DNA of 64,000 bases from Octopus bimaculoides (lineage: Eukaryota). The notes under the pieces were generated by a model, which was given only the letters and a program-made list of their open reading frames with translations, was not told the origin of the DNA and did no database searches. The translations under genes were made by a program, and so were the position numbers. Below are positions 13,501-28,379 of this stretch, piece by piece (the first letter of the stretch is position 1; the number at the start of each line of letters is the position of its first letter). The stretch covers positions 181,838,696 to 181,902,695 of the forward strand of contig NC_068981.1 in assembly GCF_001194135.2 (NCBI RefSeq). The letters run 5' to 3'.

Positions 13501-14629
13501 GTACACACAAACACACACACTGTGCTTCTTTCACTTTCCATTCACCAAATCCAACCACAAGGCTTTGGTTGGCCCAGGGCTATAACAGAAAGCATTTGCT
13601 TACAGTACTGCACAGTGAGACTGAACACAAGACCACATGGTTAGGAAGTAAGATTTTCAACCACACAGTCATATCTGCACAAGTTTTTTAAAAAGTATAA
13701 TTCTTCATTTCAACCATTCTAAAGCATCCCTCAATGTTCTTGCAATAGAACAAAAAAAATTCTCCAATTTTAATGGAGGTAATTCTTATTGGCAACCAGT
13801 GATTAATATTTCACTCCTTTGGCAGACTTTGATTCTAAAACTTGATAATTCCCAGATGATCATGTCAAACTATAGCTTCAATGATTGAATGAATTACTAA
13901 GATTTACAACAGTGTTACATAGAACTACTGGGCTAAATTCAGCTTAACAGGCACTCTGTGATCGGATTTTGGGTTCTCTGTGAGATGCTTTTTTGCCCTT
14001 CAACAAGTTTTTTTTCTTTTCACTCTTGCTCATCCCACTTCTTTCAGTTTACTGGGTTGAATGAATGTGAGGGTAGCCAGCAGGATTAAATGTTATATGA
14101 GGAAAAAAACTAGTGGAGAAGTTCTTTGGTGGCAGATCCAATCTATCACTACTTGGTTCTTGGGTGTCTTTAAGTCCGACCCAACAGTTATATGTAATGT
14201 TGTTATCTCTTGGCAGTTTATACAGGCAATAAGGTGGCAAGCTAACAATCATTACCACAGAATGATTAGCTGGACAGAATACTTAGTGACATTTCTTCCA
14301 ACTTTACAGAAGTTCAAATGCCGCTGGAGTTGACATTGGCTTCCATCCTTTCTGAGTTGATAAAATAAGTACCAGTTGAATACTGGGGTTGATCTAATTG
14401 ACTTACCCCTTCCCTGAAATTGCTAGCCTTGTGCCAAATTTTGAAACCAGTTTATACAGTCAAGGAAGCTATAAGTCTAACTTGATCATCTGAGAAACCA
14501 CACCCATCCACCCTCTTTATTAGATGGGATGGGTGTGATTTAGTTGCCAAACTGTCTGACCAGGTGACAGATTGTAATGGGTTACATGGTCCAGACAGCA
14601 ACAGATTACTATGGCAGATATAATACTTA

Positions 14630-14815
14630 TTTATTCACATTAGTTTGAAGTAATCATGCTTTGTCTTTGTAGCTTAGAAATTTCCATGGTGTAACTGTTT
14701 ACTTTTAGAATGACAGTGTAGAGTTAGTGTGAGAGGCCAGATCTGGCCAATTTGGACATAGAACATGTAGAATATTTGTGCCTGATATGGCCAGATTAAA
14801 TACTAAAAGGGTAAG
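14630..14815 (+). mobile_element. Partial copy of the TTAA-bounded MITE
   Basis: Shares gtgtgagaggcc/tggat and atatggccag...aaatactaaaaggg with 1919-2134. Confidence 0.5.
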
Positions 14816-16371
14816 GAAATATTTTCAAGCAGGTTGTACCTGACCTCAGTCAGTTTATATTTCTGTGCAATTCTAATTTCGCTTTTAGTCAAATGTTTAC
14901 AAAGAGGTTGTGTATAACTGTTCTATCGGGGATAAAATGCTCAAGGACTGGTTTAAAAGATAAACAAAACAAAACAAAATCAGTAATTCGATGGAATTGT
15001 TAGTTTCCTGTTTACTTGTAATGGGTCTCTTCCTTACAGCATTTGAATTTCTGCAGCTATAAGCTGACATTTATTATCATAGAAATACATTGTGTATATT
15101 ACCTAACTTGGCCTATTTTCTTAAGTGATTTACCCCTAACACACACCCCTGATTGAGTGTACCTTTAATTAAATGTATTCCAGTTGTAATCATCCCATCT
15201 TCATATATACCTAGAATTACATTGTTTTTCCTCTGAGATGGCTGGGTGTGATTTGAGTGACTTTCACAGCTATTTCTAGTAGGTTAACCAACTCCTTTGT
15301 TGGCTCATAGCAAGCTGTGTCCCTGACCAATGCAATTGTTTGTCTTACAAACAAATCTTTTGCTCAATTAAGATACTGATAACATTACTGTTACCATTGA
15401 GGCTAATTAATGATATTGTTTGGCTCAATATTGATAACATCATCGTGGCATTTAGTAAACAATTATCAAAAAAATATAATCATAACGTGGCAAATCAATG
15501 GGTAGTTTTTTTTAAAGATGTTTTATTTTAAAACAAATTTTAATAAAATATTCTGTTTGTTTTCTCATCATCTGTCCCATGTTTATTTTGATTGTTCAGC
15601 TAAAGCTACTGATCATTTCTGCTAGATTAATATTAATCAGGTGAGAAGCTTGCTGTCAGTCAACTCATAAGCATTCAATCAATTGAACTCCGTCCTTGAT
15701 TGCTATCTGGTCTGTCTAAATAAAAACGGGTGTTGTCAAAACATATTCATTAATTTTCCATTTTGTTTATTTATTTTTGCCACCTCTGACTCCCCCTTAA
15801 ACTATTTATGGCTTGAATTCATTACTATTTTAAACTTGAGTCCTTTCCATAACCTATCCTGTATTTATCATCAAATGATTGTCTATAATATATTAATTAT
15901 ATATATGTAAAAAAGAAAAAAAAGTTCAAGGAGATTGGTGATGTGCATTGACAATTATTTTACAATGAAGTTTGTGACTTTGAATAAGTGTGTATGCTGT
16001 GGAAAGAGGAGGAATTTGATGCTTTTGGAGTTGTAGAGGTTGCCCCTTTGACTTAGAGACAACACATTTGGACAAGCCATTTGGAAATCACCTGAAAATT
16101 ATTTTTTCAACCAGTTATAAACTTTTTGTCTTCTAAACAAAGGGACATCCCTGAAACATCAGCTCTCTTTTTCCCATGGCATGCTGACTTACCCAGACAC
16201 ACAAATTGCTGTGTTTAAGATGAGGATATTTTCAGAGTTGCACAAAGCCACAAATCATAGTATTGTCATCAGGCAGAGGAAATCAACTCTTTTCACACCC
16301 ATTTGCCTGAACCCACACTAGATTCTATGATAGAAACTTTGTTTTAAAATGATTTCAACTAAAATTTCCCA

Positions 16372-16830
16372 GGTGCAGGAGTGGCTGTGTGGTAAGTAGC
16401 TTGCTTACAAACCACATGGTTCCGGGTTCCCACTGCGTGGCACCTTGGGCAAGTGTCTATAGCCTCGGGTCGACCAAAGTGAATGGATTGGTAGACGGAA
16501 ATATATATATATATATAATGTGTGTGTGTGCACGCGTATATGTTTGTGNNNNNNNNNNAGTGAATGGATTGGTAGACGGAAATATATATATATATATAAT
16601 GTGTGTGTGTGCACGCGTATATGTTTGTGTGTCTGTGTTTGCCCCCCCCCCCAACATTGCTTGACAACTAATGCTGGTGTGTTTATGTCCCCGTAACTTA
16701 GCGGTTCAGCGAAAGAGAGTGATAGAATAAGTACTAGGCTTACCAAAGAATAAGTCGTGGGGTCGATTTTCTTGACTAAAGGTGGTGCTGCAGCATGGCC
16801 ACAGTCAAATGACTGAAATAAGTAAGAGAG
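16372..16830 (+). mobile_element. SINE family A
   Basis: Well-preserved head ggtgcaggagtggctgtgtggtaag and tail; contains an artefactual duplication around a 10-N gap. Confidence 0.88.
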
Positions 16831-17211
16831 TAGAGAGAGAGAGATAGAGTATGACAAGCAAACAGACTGCGTCTAACTGTAGTCACAGTCCTCTGGCTTG
16901 TCAGCTCCTGTCAACCTGTCCAACCTATGCCAACATGGAAGGAGGGACGTTAAATGGTGATGAAGAGGGGTGGTTAACATCTCTTAATCTTATATTACAC
17001 AATATTGCTATTCCACTGAGGTCATCTTTGTCTTTTAACCTTTTGGGGACGATAAAATAAGTACCAGTTAAGCACTGGGGTTGATATAATCAACTTACAT
17101 CCTTCTCCAAACTTGCTGGCCTTGTGCCAAAATTTGAAACCAGTGTTAGTATTATTTATCAAAGAGCAAATATGAAAATCCAGCTCCTTTTCTGAGTCAG
17201 ACTAATTAAAG

Positions 17212-17244
<33 letters not shown>

Positions 17245-18060
17245 ATTTGATAGCATAAAAGATGCCTAGTTATATTAGACACACCCCAGTTTCAGCAGCA
17301 CATATTCAGGATAAATGTTCATTAAAGCATGTAATATTTTAAGCAATCTCGCATGTATGACATGAGGTGTTTAAAAAAATTTTTTTTTACATTCTTTTAG
17401 AGATGGGTAAAAAAAGTATGTCTTATATGCCATCAAACGCAGTATGTATGTATGTATGAGAAAGAGAGAGCGCAAAGATTGAAATATTTTCTTATATAGA
17501 ATTAATTTTGTAAATAGTCTAGGTTGAGAATCTTATCTTGGTGAAAGAGCTTTTAATTCAGTACAAACGTCTCTTGGTAGTCTCAAGAGAGCTGCACTTT
17601 CTACCTCACCAAGACTTGCCGTATTAAGATTGCATTCTCTCTTCAGGACCAAGAAAATACTTGCAGCTGTGACAGCTGCTTGATTTGCTCCATATTAAAG
17701 CATAAATACACATCATATTAGATTACTGTTCATACATGTGACTGTGTACTCATTACACTAACAAATGGTGGGAGATATATATATATAATATATAATGCTC
17801 AAGTAAACATCAGTCATCTCAATATTGTTTTATTTTGTTTTTATGTGTGAAAGATACCCAATCTATGATTGTTGACTCACTGTCAGTCTTCATCTTGTAA
17901 CTGTTACATCTACTACAACTACGAACCCACACTTTGCACTGACTTCATCCAGTGGCTCTTTCTCTCGTTACTGAATAAAGAAAACGATATCATTGCACCA
18001 TTGGAATTATGTAAATTGTCAGCTTCTGTTAGAAGTTAGGTGACAGGAGTTACATAACTC

Positions 18061-18500
18061 CTTTACTTGTTTCAGTCATTGGACTTGTAGCCATCCTGGG
18101 CCACTGCCTTGAAGGGTTTAGTCAAAGAAATTGACCCCAGTACTAATTTTTTAAAAATCTGATACTTTCTCTATTGATTTCTTTTTGATGAACTGCTATA
18201 TTATTGAGATGGAAACAAACCAACACTGGTTGTCAAGTGGTGGTGGGAAACCCACACAATAAACATGAAGACACAAACATGCATGCGTATATACACATGC
18301 ACCTATGAACCCATGCACACACACACTCACCCCATACACGTGACAATCTTCTTTCAGTTTCTGTCTACCAAATTCACTCACAAGGCTTTGGTTGGCCCAG
18401 GACTACAGAAGATATTTGCCAAAGCTGTCACATGGTGGGACTTAACCCAAACCCACATGATTAGGAAACAAGCTTCTTAACCACCAGCCATGCCTGCACC
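18061..18500 (-). mobile_element. SINE family A
   Basis: Head, core and tail recognisable. Confidence 0.8.
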
Positions 18501-19310
18501 TAATTGTTTAGGTTTTTTTCTTCCAAAATTCTCAACTAACTTCAAGAGTTTATTGTTGTACAACAAAATCTCCATTTAGTAAGATTAAAATGTTTAGTCA
18601 GAATGGAAGCTAAATTTAGAATTTGATACTAATGGGTAAGGCAGTTTAGATCATCTAAGAAAACAATTGTAATCTCTGAGGCAATAGGCAAAATGTGAAG
18701 AAGGGTTTTCTGCCCAGTTATATTTGTTCTGAGATTTTACTGCTAAAGACTTCAAGGATTTAAAAAATTAACTTTGATTCCACTACAGTTTATCTCTTTA
18801 GAAATAACAAAATAAACAGAAATGGCAAATAAATGAAGTAGTTCAAATTACGTGATGTGTAATGGGGTCTTAGAAAGAGCCTAATAGGATCTTATTTGTT
18901 GTATTTGCTTTTATTTTAACTCAACTTACAGCTGCTTTAAATGGATGAATAAGATTTTGATTATTTTGTGTTATTTTATTTACAAAATCATTTAGTGTTG
19001 ATAGTTTGTCCATCTGGTGTTTCCTGCGGCTAACCTTGCACTAAATGCATTACTTCTTTTGTGGAATGTACTAGTAAAGCTTGTCTCTTGAGTAAATGAA
19101 GATCTTCATGTATATATATATAATGCTTTTGTCTCTAGTGTGCCAAATAATGTTCATTTTACTTTTCCCTCATTCACCTAAGTTTAGTGGCATCTATTTA
19201 TTTCATGTTTGAGGTGAATGAGTTCAATGTTCCTTGTTTCTAGATTTTATTAATAGCCAAGTACTTTAAAGACAAATGGTTTTCTTTCTCTCCCTAATTC
19301 CATTTTTTAT

Positions 19311-19692
19311 TGTTTACTTGTTTGTCATTGGACTGTGGTCATGCTGGGGTACTGCTTTGGAGGATTGAGTGGAACAAACCTAGCCTCAATACTTATTTAA
19401 TCTTGGTTTGTTTACATCCCTGTAACTTAGCAGTTTGACAAAAGTGCTAGAATAATAACCAACATCAATTGTTAAACAGTGAAGTGGGGGCAGCCAAACA
19501 TAAAACACATGCATATATACACCTACATATGGTGGGCTTCCACACAATTTCCATCTACTAAATTCACTTACAAAACACTGGCCAACCTGGGGCTATTGTA
19601 GAAGACACTTCCCCAAGGCATGACAGTGGAGCTGAACCCAAAACCTCATGGTTGCAAAGCAAGCTTTTTAACCACACACCCATACCTGCACC
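19311..19692 (-). mobile_element. SINE family A, diverged
   Basis: Head, core and tail recognisable. Confidence 0.75.
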
Positions 19693-20198
19693 AACACAGA
19701 CTTATGGACATAAAGAAGAATGTAGGAATATTTCTACTGCAAATTTAAGCAATGGTGAAGTGTTTGAAGAAAAAATATTTAAGGGTTCGGATTGAAAAAT
19801 ACTCCAACACAATTTCTTTGAGTAAACTCAGAATAATTTGCAACTCCATTTGAGAAAATGAAAAATATGAAGTATAGTCTACCCTAAAAAGTTAGCCTGG
19901 TGATGTAAGATAAGGAATTTTTCTATAGAAATACACAGAATAAACAAGTGATTGAAAATATTTTAGTTAAAGTGTTATTTTCCTCTGAAGTGAGGATCAA
20001 GATAGGGTACACACAATTTATCTAATGATCCTAAATACAAACCCTATTGGAGCAGTCCAAGAAGGAATAAATCTTAGTTTGAGATATCAAACAGGCATAC
20101 ATGCAGACAGTCTGCATGTATTGTAAATGGACTGGGACAATAGAAAGCATAGGGTCATCATTTTAACATCCTCTTTTCCACGTTTGCATGGGTTAGAT

Positions 20199-20355
20199 CA
20201 GCATTTCTCAACTGGGGTTCCCTAGATCCCTAGGGTTCCACAAAAAAGAGTGAGATAAGCTGATGCTAATTTCATGATCGTAATATTACTATACATACAC
20301 AACATATTATTGGTTATTGTAATATAGACATCATCCTGTCTAAAAAATATCCTAT

Positions 20356-20398
<43 letters not shown>

Positions 20399-20401
20399 CA
20401 A

Positions 20402-20437
<36 letters not shown>

Positions 20438-20551
20438 ATATATACACACACATGAGAAAGATATGGTATATAATTTTTTTATGCAGGGGTTCCTTGAGAC
20501 ATGTAATTTATTTTAAGGGTTATGCAAGGGTAAAAAGGTTGAGAAAAACTG
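20199..20551. mobile_element. hAT (Buster/Charlie-type) MITE
   Basis: Termini cagcatttctcaac / gttgagaaaaactg; perfect 8-bp TSD ggttagat (20191-20198, 20552-20559); inserted into an RTE-tail repeat. Confidence 0.85.
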
Positions 20552-21854
20552 GGTTAGATGGATTTTGTTAGGGCAAATTTTCTCTGGCTAGAACAGACGG
20601 ATTTTATTGAGGCAGATTTTCCTGTCAGTAACACTCACCTGTTTTCTTGGAAGATTGAAAATGAATGACACTTGTTACCACCATCATGTCATGAGGAGAC
20701 AACAGTTGTGTCAAGAGAAGGGGACAAACACATATATGTACAATAGGGTTCTTTCAGTTTCTATTTACCTAATCCATTTATAAGGCTTTGGTCAGCTCAG
20801 GGCTATAATAGAAGACATTTGCTATTTTGTATTAAAAGGCAATGGGAGAATCTCTTTGTAGTCACTTAATCTGCTAGAAATAATACTAAATCTCCAAATT
20901 GCACCCTACCATCTTGAAGAAGGAGGAACATATCAGTCAAGGAAGCCACAGACATATATAAAGATGGGATGGTCATGGCTGAGATGGCTCTCATCATAAA
21001 TCAGTTCAATTACAGTCGACTTACCTAACCTAATAACAACCATTCTGTATCACATGGTATCAAAAGGCCTCCTTCCCTTCAGCATGCAGTGGGGCTGAAC
21101 CCAAAACCAATGTAGTCAGGAAGCAAACTTCTTAACCACACCACTATGCCTGCATGAAATTGTAATTTCAAGATATATAGTAGATTTATGTTGACAAAAA
21201 AGAAAAAAAATCGAAACAAAATAGAAAAACAACTTAACAATGCTCGGTTCTTCTGTTGTTACTATCTCAAATTTTAAATTATTAGTCATTTTCTTTTTTT
21301 TTACCTTTCTCCACATTTATTCCCAGTTATCTTTTGTATACCCTTGTCATTAAATATAACACTAACTTACATTTTCTTTTTCATGTGAATTGTATCTTTG
21401 AATTACTTGCACTCTAAATTTTACACATAAAATATTTTCTTTTTACCTCCTCTCACAAAGATAGTTGTCTTCAAGTTGAAATCAATTCACTGCTTTTCTT
21501 TCTTCCCCTTTTTTTTTTCTTTTTCCTACATTATGATAGTTCTGCAGTTTAGAAGGAAAAGCTGGTGCCATACTTACAAATCTTTCACTCTTTTCAGATT
21601 TTTTACTGTCTGCATACGAGTTCTCGTACAAACGTTATTGATTTAATTTCTATTGTCCCAAATGAGTATACACTTTGAATTTGAGGTTACAGTATATAAA
21701 CCAGAAAAACAAAACGAAAATGAAAACCAAACAGCCACCACCACCACCATTTTGATTCTAAAATTTCTTTAGCACTTATCTAAATGCCACTGCCAGCTGT
21801 AGAATTAGAATTGCAGAATAAAGGGATTATACTTAAGATTATTCTCCTTTTATT

Positions 21855-21970
21855 TGTTTGTCTTGGTGTCTTTTGCCAAAACACTGTTACGGTGATGTAA
21901 ACACACCAACACTGGTTGTCAAACCATGGTGGAAGACACGCACACGCACACACGCACACANNNNNNNNNN

Positions 21971-22032
<62 letters not shown>

Positions 22033-22175
22033 AAAGGGGTATCTTTCAGTTCCTGTCTACCAAACACCTTCACAAGGCCTATGGTCAGCCTGAGGCTATA
22101 GACATTTGCCCAAGGTGCCATGCAATGGGACTGAACCCAGAACCATATGGTTGTGAAGCAAACTTCTTGCCACAC
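21855..22175 (-). mobile_element. SINE family A with long (CA)n
   Basis: Core and head around (CA)n and a 10-N gap. Confidence 0.75.
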
Positions 22176-22544
22176 ATTTAAATATTTCCTTATTTGTTTT
22201 ATTGATTGATGTTATTGGTTTATTTAATGTAAATTTTTAGTTCATAAATCAAGTGTTTCTTACTTGTAATTGATAGGAAATGTATTTAGTTTGTTTTTAA
22301 ATATCTGCCAGAATCCACTTATTCAAGTTTAATAATTTTCACTGTTTAGCTCAAGTAGATGATGTGGAGACTTGGAATCAGCTTGTGCATGTGCAGTCAA
22401 TAGAAAAATCTCACATACTTATTGTCAGTAAATTTCAGAGGTCGTCAGGAAAGATTGTGTAGCGTTTCGGAACCTTCCTCTCAATGTCTTTAGAGCACCT
22501 CAGCCCGCTACTCATTGATCTGTTATTTCTTAAAATTTGTTTCA

Positions 22545-22705
22545 AATTTTGGCACAAAGTCAGCAATAGTTGGGGAGGGTTAAATCAATTACATCAACCT
22601 CAGTGCTTAACTGGTACTTATTTTATTGACCCTGAAAGTTGACTTCAGCAGAATTTGAACTCAAAATGTAAAGACAAACAAAATACTGCTAAGCATTTTG
22701 CCTGT
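22545..22705 (-). mobile_element. SINE family B
   Basis: Reverse-complement core motifs. Confidence 0.75.
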
Positions 22706-22988
22706 CTATACATATGTATATATGTGTGTGTGTGTGTGTGTATACATATAAATGAAGTTCTGATAATGCTATAGGGTGATACACAAGCATTCAACTATAA
22801 TGTGCAATACATCTTATTGCAGAAACAGATGTAAGCTTATGAAGTTCATAGCACAATTTCTTATTCCCTTGTCATCTATCTAATTTTCTGTTATTACTCT
22901 GTACTTGGCTGACACTTTTCTTCTGAAGCATATGTATATTGAGTTTTAACACTAGGTTAATAGTATTGCTATGCCTAAGCGAAATAAA

Positions 22989-23037
<49 letters not shown>

Positions 23038-24659
23038 CTGTCTATCAAATGCACTTACAAGGCATTGGCTGACTCAGGGCTATAGTAAAATACACTTGCC
23101 TAAGGTACCATGTAGTGAGACTGAACCTGAAACCATGTGGTTACAAAGCAAGTTCCTTAACTCCACAGCCATGCCTGCATTTATAAAATCAATGCATATA
23201 TTGTAACTAGATTATCAAAAACATGACTGTATTTTTAAAATTTTTTAAGTGTCATTATTTAATTTGGTTATTAATTCCTATGAGTTTTCTCTATAATTAA
23301 ATAAAAAATGCATTTATGCAATAATAGACAGACAAGGATAATTTATGTGTATATTTCATTTCATCAGCTTAATATATACAGATGACAGATTACTTCTGTT
23401 TAGTTAAATATAAATAGTTGTAGCCTTCGCCTCTCTCTTTCTTATCAAAATAAGGAGAGGAAAATTACTTTATAAAATGGTTCCAGTTTAAACACTTCAT
23501 GCTGTTTGCACAGGATTGCAACACTTACTTCGTTCTGAAGTTTATCATCTTAAGAATGGTTTCATTGGTACTAACACCCCAGTTATAGTGAGACTGATTG
23601 CTTAAAGAATTGGTTAAAAATAGTTTAATGTTACATTTTCTTAGTTGTTATTTACCAAGTATAAAGTAACCTCAGTTAAAATTATAAGCATGCAACCTCA
23701 TTTTAAAAATATATTTGATGATACATTAGAAAGCTCTCAATCTAATTTGTAATATAAATATAATGAGCATTAAAAGCTATCAAGAATTAATTTTCCATCT
23801 GTCTATCCATCCACCCATCTGTCTGTGTTTTTTTTTTTTTTGATGAGTTACTCTCTCTTAGGCTGTTAACCCAACAACAACAACCACTAACATGTAATAG
23901 TGTAGCACTTAACTTGCATTATTTACGTTCAAATGCAGCTGTTTTATACTGTTATGAATAGCACTGTAATAAATTCAGAGCAGATGGCAGTTGCTTTGTA
24001 ACTGAATTTGAGAAATATGATTCAGTGTGTATTATTCTTTTTCTCAAATTCATAATTTCATCAATAACCTGATATGTAAATAAAAATATATTAAACTTCA
24101 ACACACGCATACACATGTGAAGAAAGGCACCATGCTATTGTTATTAAATTATACATTTAAATGTAGAACCTTGTGAAAAGGGAAAGAGATCACCACTGAT
24201 AATAAATAACCTCTAGCACATGTATTGAGTACTTTTTCTCTTGTTTAGTTCAAATGTATATGTCAGTCTTCATCGTTTTACATTGAAAATAAACTTTTGC
24301 CATTCTGGATATCAAGCCATGGTTACATAGTTACTCTTTCATGTGCCATGCCTATAGCTGTTGATAATCATGGACTTCTTCTGCCCACTTCTGTCTCACA
24401 CACAACTTAGCATATTACTGACTCAGCCTTTCAGTTGCCAATGGGTAACTTAAGTCTTTCTCTCAATGTGGAGCATAGACTATTGGTGATTTTTCTCCAC
24501 CGTTCTTGACTTTGGGCTTTCTTTTCTGCTTCTCTCCAGTTGGATCCATACTTTTCCTTGCAGATTACTTTTGGATTTTACTGCACTGTCATGTTTCTCT
24601 GAGGAAAGTCCTACCTCTCCCAGGTCTTGTTAGTTTTGAATTTCCATTACTGCTTCTCT

Positions 24660-24840
24660 TTTATTCTAGGTGGGGTTGTTTACTTTATACAAACCCAATT
24701 TTACCTCTGAGTAGAGGTGATCCATATTAGTCTGGCCTCCATCCTTTGACCTGTCCACTATAGGAATCCCTACTAAAAACTTGTGCTCCATTGGCATAGT
24801 TCTCAGGGTCATTGAGGCACACAAGCTGCCACATGACAAC
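24660..24840 (-). mobile_element. Possible RTE-type LINE 5' region remnant
   Basis: Plus-strand cctttgacctgtcc...ggcatagttctcagggtcattgaggcacacaagc and minus-strand aacaaccccacctagaataaaa resemble RTE 5' UTR motifs (recollection only). Confidence 0.35.
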
Positions 24841-26651
24841 AACAACTGGTTCTTGTGGTAAAGCAAGCTGGTCAAACCATCAAGCATCTTCTCTGTCTTC
24901 TTTGTCTTTCTTTCAGTTACCCAGTAGTGATCTAGAGTTCAAGACCGTATTCCCCCATAGATGTAATCTATTGGCTTCTTAACATTCTGCTACTGTTTGC
25001 TCGTTTAACAGCTTCAATGTTCCTATCTTTATAGCACACTTTCAGCATTAATCTGAAGAATATTGTGTTTGCAACATAAGATTTTGCACTAGTTAATGTT
25101 CCAGATCACACAACCATCTATCTGGACAGGTTCTGGTTTCTTTTCTTCACTCTTATTCATAGCCATTTAAAATAGCCGTCTATGTATCAAACTAATATAC
25201 TGCTGATAGACAATACTGTGGTTTTCATTTGAAATGAAATCTCTGACAAAATTTTATCTCAGACAAGATTGCAGTATCTTGCCTCTGAATGGTGTACATG
25301 CATTAAGTATGATACATAAATGGCTATTTTAATTCAATGCTGCTTCAATTGCATATACTGGATATTTCATTTTCACTGAAAAGCAGTCTTGGAATGTCTA
25401 ATCGTTAACTTAATTTCTTTGTTTTTATTACCATTTAATATAATGATGGTTCCTAAATATGTAAAACCATAATCTTTTTCCAAAATGATTCCATTAATTC
25501 TTATGTTGTGAACCAGTGCTCCTTTCTTTGAGATTGTTATTGTCTTTTTTTTTCTCTGTTAAAACCAGACCTGTATTGCCATTTGCATCATTAATAATAC
25601 TAATATTTGTAGATCTTAAGGTAGCAAGCCGGAAGAATTGCTGCCATTCCAAGAAAAATGCTTGGTGGCATTTCTTCCAACTTTCCATTCTTGAGTTCAA
25701 ACACTGCCAAGGTCAACTTTGCCTTTCATCCTTTTGGAATCGATAAAATAAGTACCAGTTGAATACTAGGGTTGCTGTCATCAACTTATCCTTCCCCCAT
25801 AATTGCTGGCCTTGTGCCAAAATTTGAAATCAATATTTGTAGACCTTTCTCTTTTGTTTCTATGAGAATTGAGATTCATCTTCATAATGAGAATTGTCAG
25901 TGTTTTGACCCTGCCTGTTAGATGTTCATAATTATTTCACTGCATAATGAAAACCAATCTAATAACATGCACCTCTGTTACACTCTTCTCGATCTTCATG
26001 CTTTGATCTATTTCATTTCCAATTCTGATTGCTGTTGTTTGTTACTAATAAGTGTTTCTGATTATTCACAAGTCCTTTCCAGCTAGATTTATATCTCAAC
26101 GTTTCAATGATTTCTTCATGGTATACTGTATGAAATGCTTTGTTTAATCAATGAAACATGGGTGCATGTCTTGTTGCATTTCAGTTACTTTTTCTATGAG
26201 GTTTCTTTGAATGTGTACAGCACTAGATGTTCCTTTCTCCTCAACAAATCCACAAATCGGCTTCTGGTGTATGATTTAAATTTGTTTCTGGATTTGTGCA
26301 TTTAGAACATGCATCAAGATTTTTTATAATCATATTAGATTGATGGTTCTGTGTAGTCCACATTCTGTTGCTCCATTTGTCAAGGAAAAAAACCCTTTGT
26401 GTGTGTGCTTGCATGTGTGTTTTTGTGTGTGCGTGTGATGCTAGGGCTAAACTCTAATGCTGATGGCATTAAAATACTCTCAGTCCATCTTGAGTGAGAT
26501 GTCCAACTGCGGAACCCAGGCCAAAGTAACAACATACATAAGTTATCCAGTTTTTCTCCTGTATGTATCAGATGGCGAAGAACTGCAGAGGGTGGCAAGA
26601 TGTTAGATCTGTCCAGCCTAAGCTATTATGAAAAAGTGAATCTATGAAGGG

Positions 26652-26696
<45 letters not shown>

Positions 26697-27140
26697 GCAC
26701 ACGCACACGCACACGCACACAGAGGAGTCCAGTGAAAGTCAAAGTTCAGAGGTATCCAGTGGTAATCCGGGTGGAGTGTTGCTATGTAGATGAGGAGAGG
26801 TGCAGAAAGTTCAGGAAGTAATTAAGATATGTAAGTCCAAAAAGTAGGGGGTTAAAGTAGGATAAAACTGGGGTGACCATGTGAGCATATAATATATAAT
26901 GGAAACTTAGAGAAAAACAAAAGACGAAGACAGGGGTATAAACAACAAATAGGTGTATTAGTTTGATGCTAAGGAAAGTGAAAGTCTTTTACATTTCGAG
27001 CTCAGAAAGGAATAAGAGAAAATAGAGAGAATAAAAAATTTGCGGATTTAGTGGCAAGTAATAATGTATGGAGTATGAAAAACCAGTAAGTTTGAAGCGT
27101 CAAAGGTTCAGAAGTTGTGATACACACACACACCCATTAT

Positions 27141-27528
27141 CTTTTATTTGTTTCTGTCATTAGACAGCAGTCAGTCTAGAGCACCACCTTAAAGAATTTT
27201 AGTCAAACAAATTGACTCCATTACTTATTTTTTTAAAGCCTGTTACTTATTCTATCAGTTTCTTGTGCCAAACCACTAAGTTACGCAGATGTAAACACAC
27301 CAACACCAGTCGTCAAATAGTAGTGAGACACACACACATATATACACAACCAGCTTCTTTCAGTTTCCATCTAGCAAATCCACCCACAATGCTTGGTTGG
27401 CTCAAGGCTACAGTAGAAGACACTTGCCCAAGGTGCCATACAGTGGGACTGAACCCAGAAACATGTGGTTGAGAAGCAAGCTTCTTACCACACAACCACG
27501 CCTGCTCCCATATATATATATATATGTA

Positions 27529-27574
<46 letters not shown>

Positions 27575-27966
27575 ACTTGTTTCAGTCATTATTTGACTGC
27601 AGCCATGCTGGAGCACCACCTTTTAGTCGAAGAAATTGACCCCAGNNNNNNNNNNNNNNNNNNNNNNNNNNNNNNNNNNNNNNNNNNNNNNNNNNNNNNN
27701 NNNNNNNNNNNNNNNNNNNNNNNNNNNNNNNNNNNNNNNNNNNNNNNNNNNNNNNNNNNNNNNNNNNNNNNNNNNNNNNNNNCACACACACACACACACA
27801 CATACATGTGTGTATATATATATATACACACACAACAGGCTCCTTTCAGTTGCCGTCTACCAGATCCACTCACAATGTTTTAGTCTGCCCAAGGTGCCAT
27901 GCGGTGGGACTGAACCCGAAACTGTGTGGTTGGTAAGTAAACTTCTTACCATACAGTCACGCCTGT
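27141..27966 (-). mobile_element. Two tandem SINE family A copies (about 27141-27508 and 27575-27966)
   Basis: Both show tail, core and head; the second spans a gap. Confidence 0.8.
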
Positions 27967-28379
27967 GTACACATACACACATACACACAATTTTTTTTTT
28001 CCTTGAAAAATATATTTATCTTCATTTTAGTTTTCTTAGTAGGTTTAAATCTGCATTTTAAATTGTACTGTTTTAACCCTGAAAGATTTTAAATCCAAAT
28101 TTTCTACCTTCTAATTGGGTTGAATATAAGCTGTATTCTAGTAGAATTAATGTGTATCTATGGGATTGATTAGAAACAGAAAATTAGTGCAGTGTTTGTT
28201 AAGAGGCTTATTAGCATATATTTTATCAATAATGCCTTTACTACAGAAATAAATATTGAAGACTTGTGTGTATTAAAAAAAAAAAAAAATTAAATCTTTC
28301 CTCATAAATCTAGTTAGTCTAAACTTAATATCACCACCCTAGCAAAATAGTGTATGCTTATAAACCTAGCTATGTACAC

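Noticed and set aside
16479-16628. Exact duplication of about 70 bp either side of a 10-N gap (same pattern at about 55725-55800)
   Set aside because: Typical overlapping contig ends in a scaffolded assembly, not a biological duplication.
22425-22512. CpG-rich patch whose minus strand has gtagcg...gaaacgctac pairing, hammerhead-like
   Set aside because: The core is violated (no NUH cleavage triplet, CTAAAGA or CTGAGGT instead of CTGANGA, no proper stem II).
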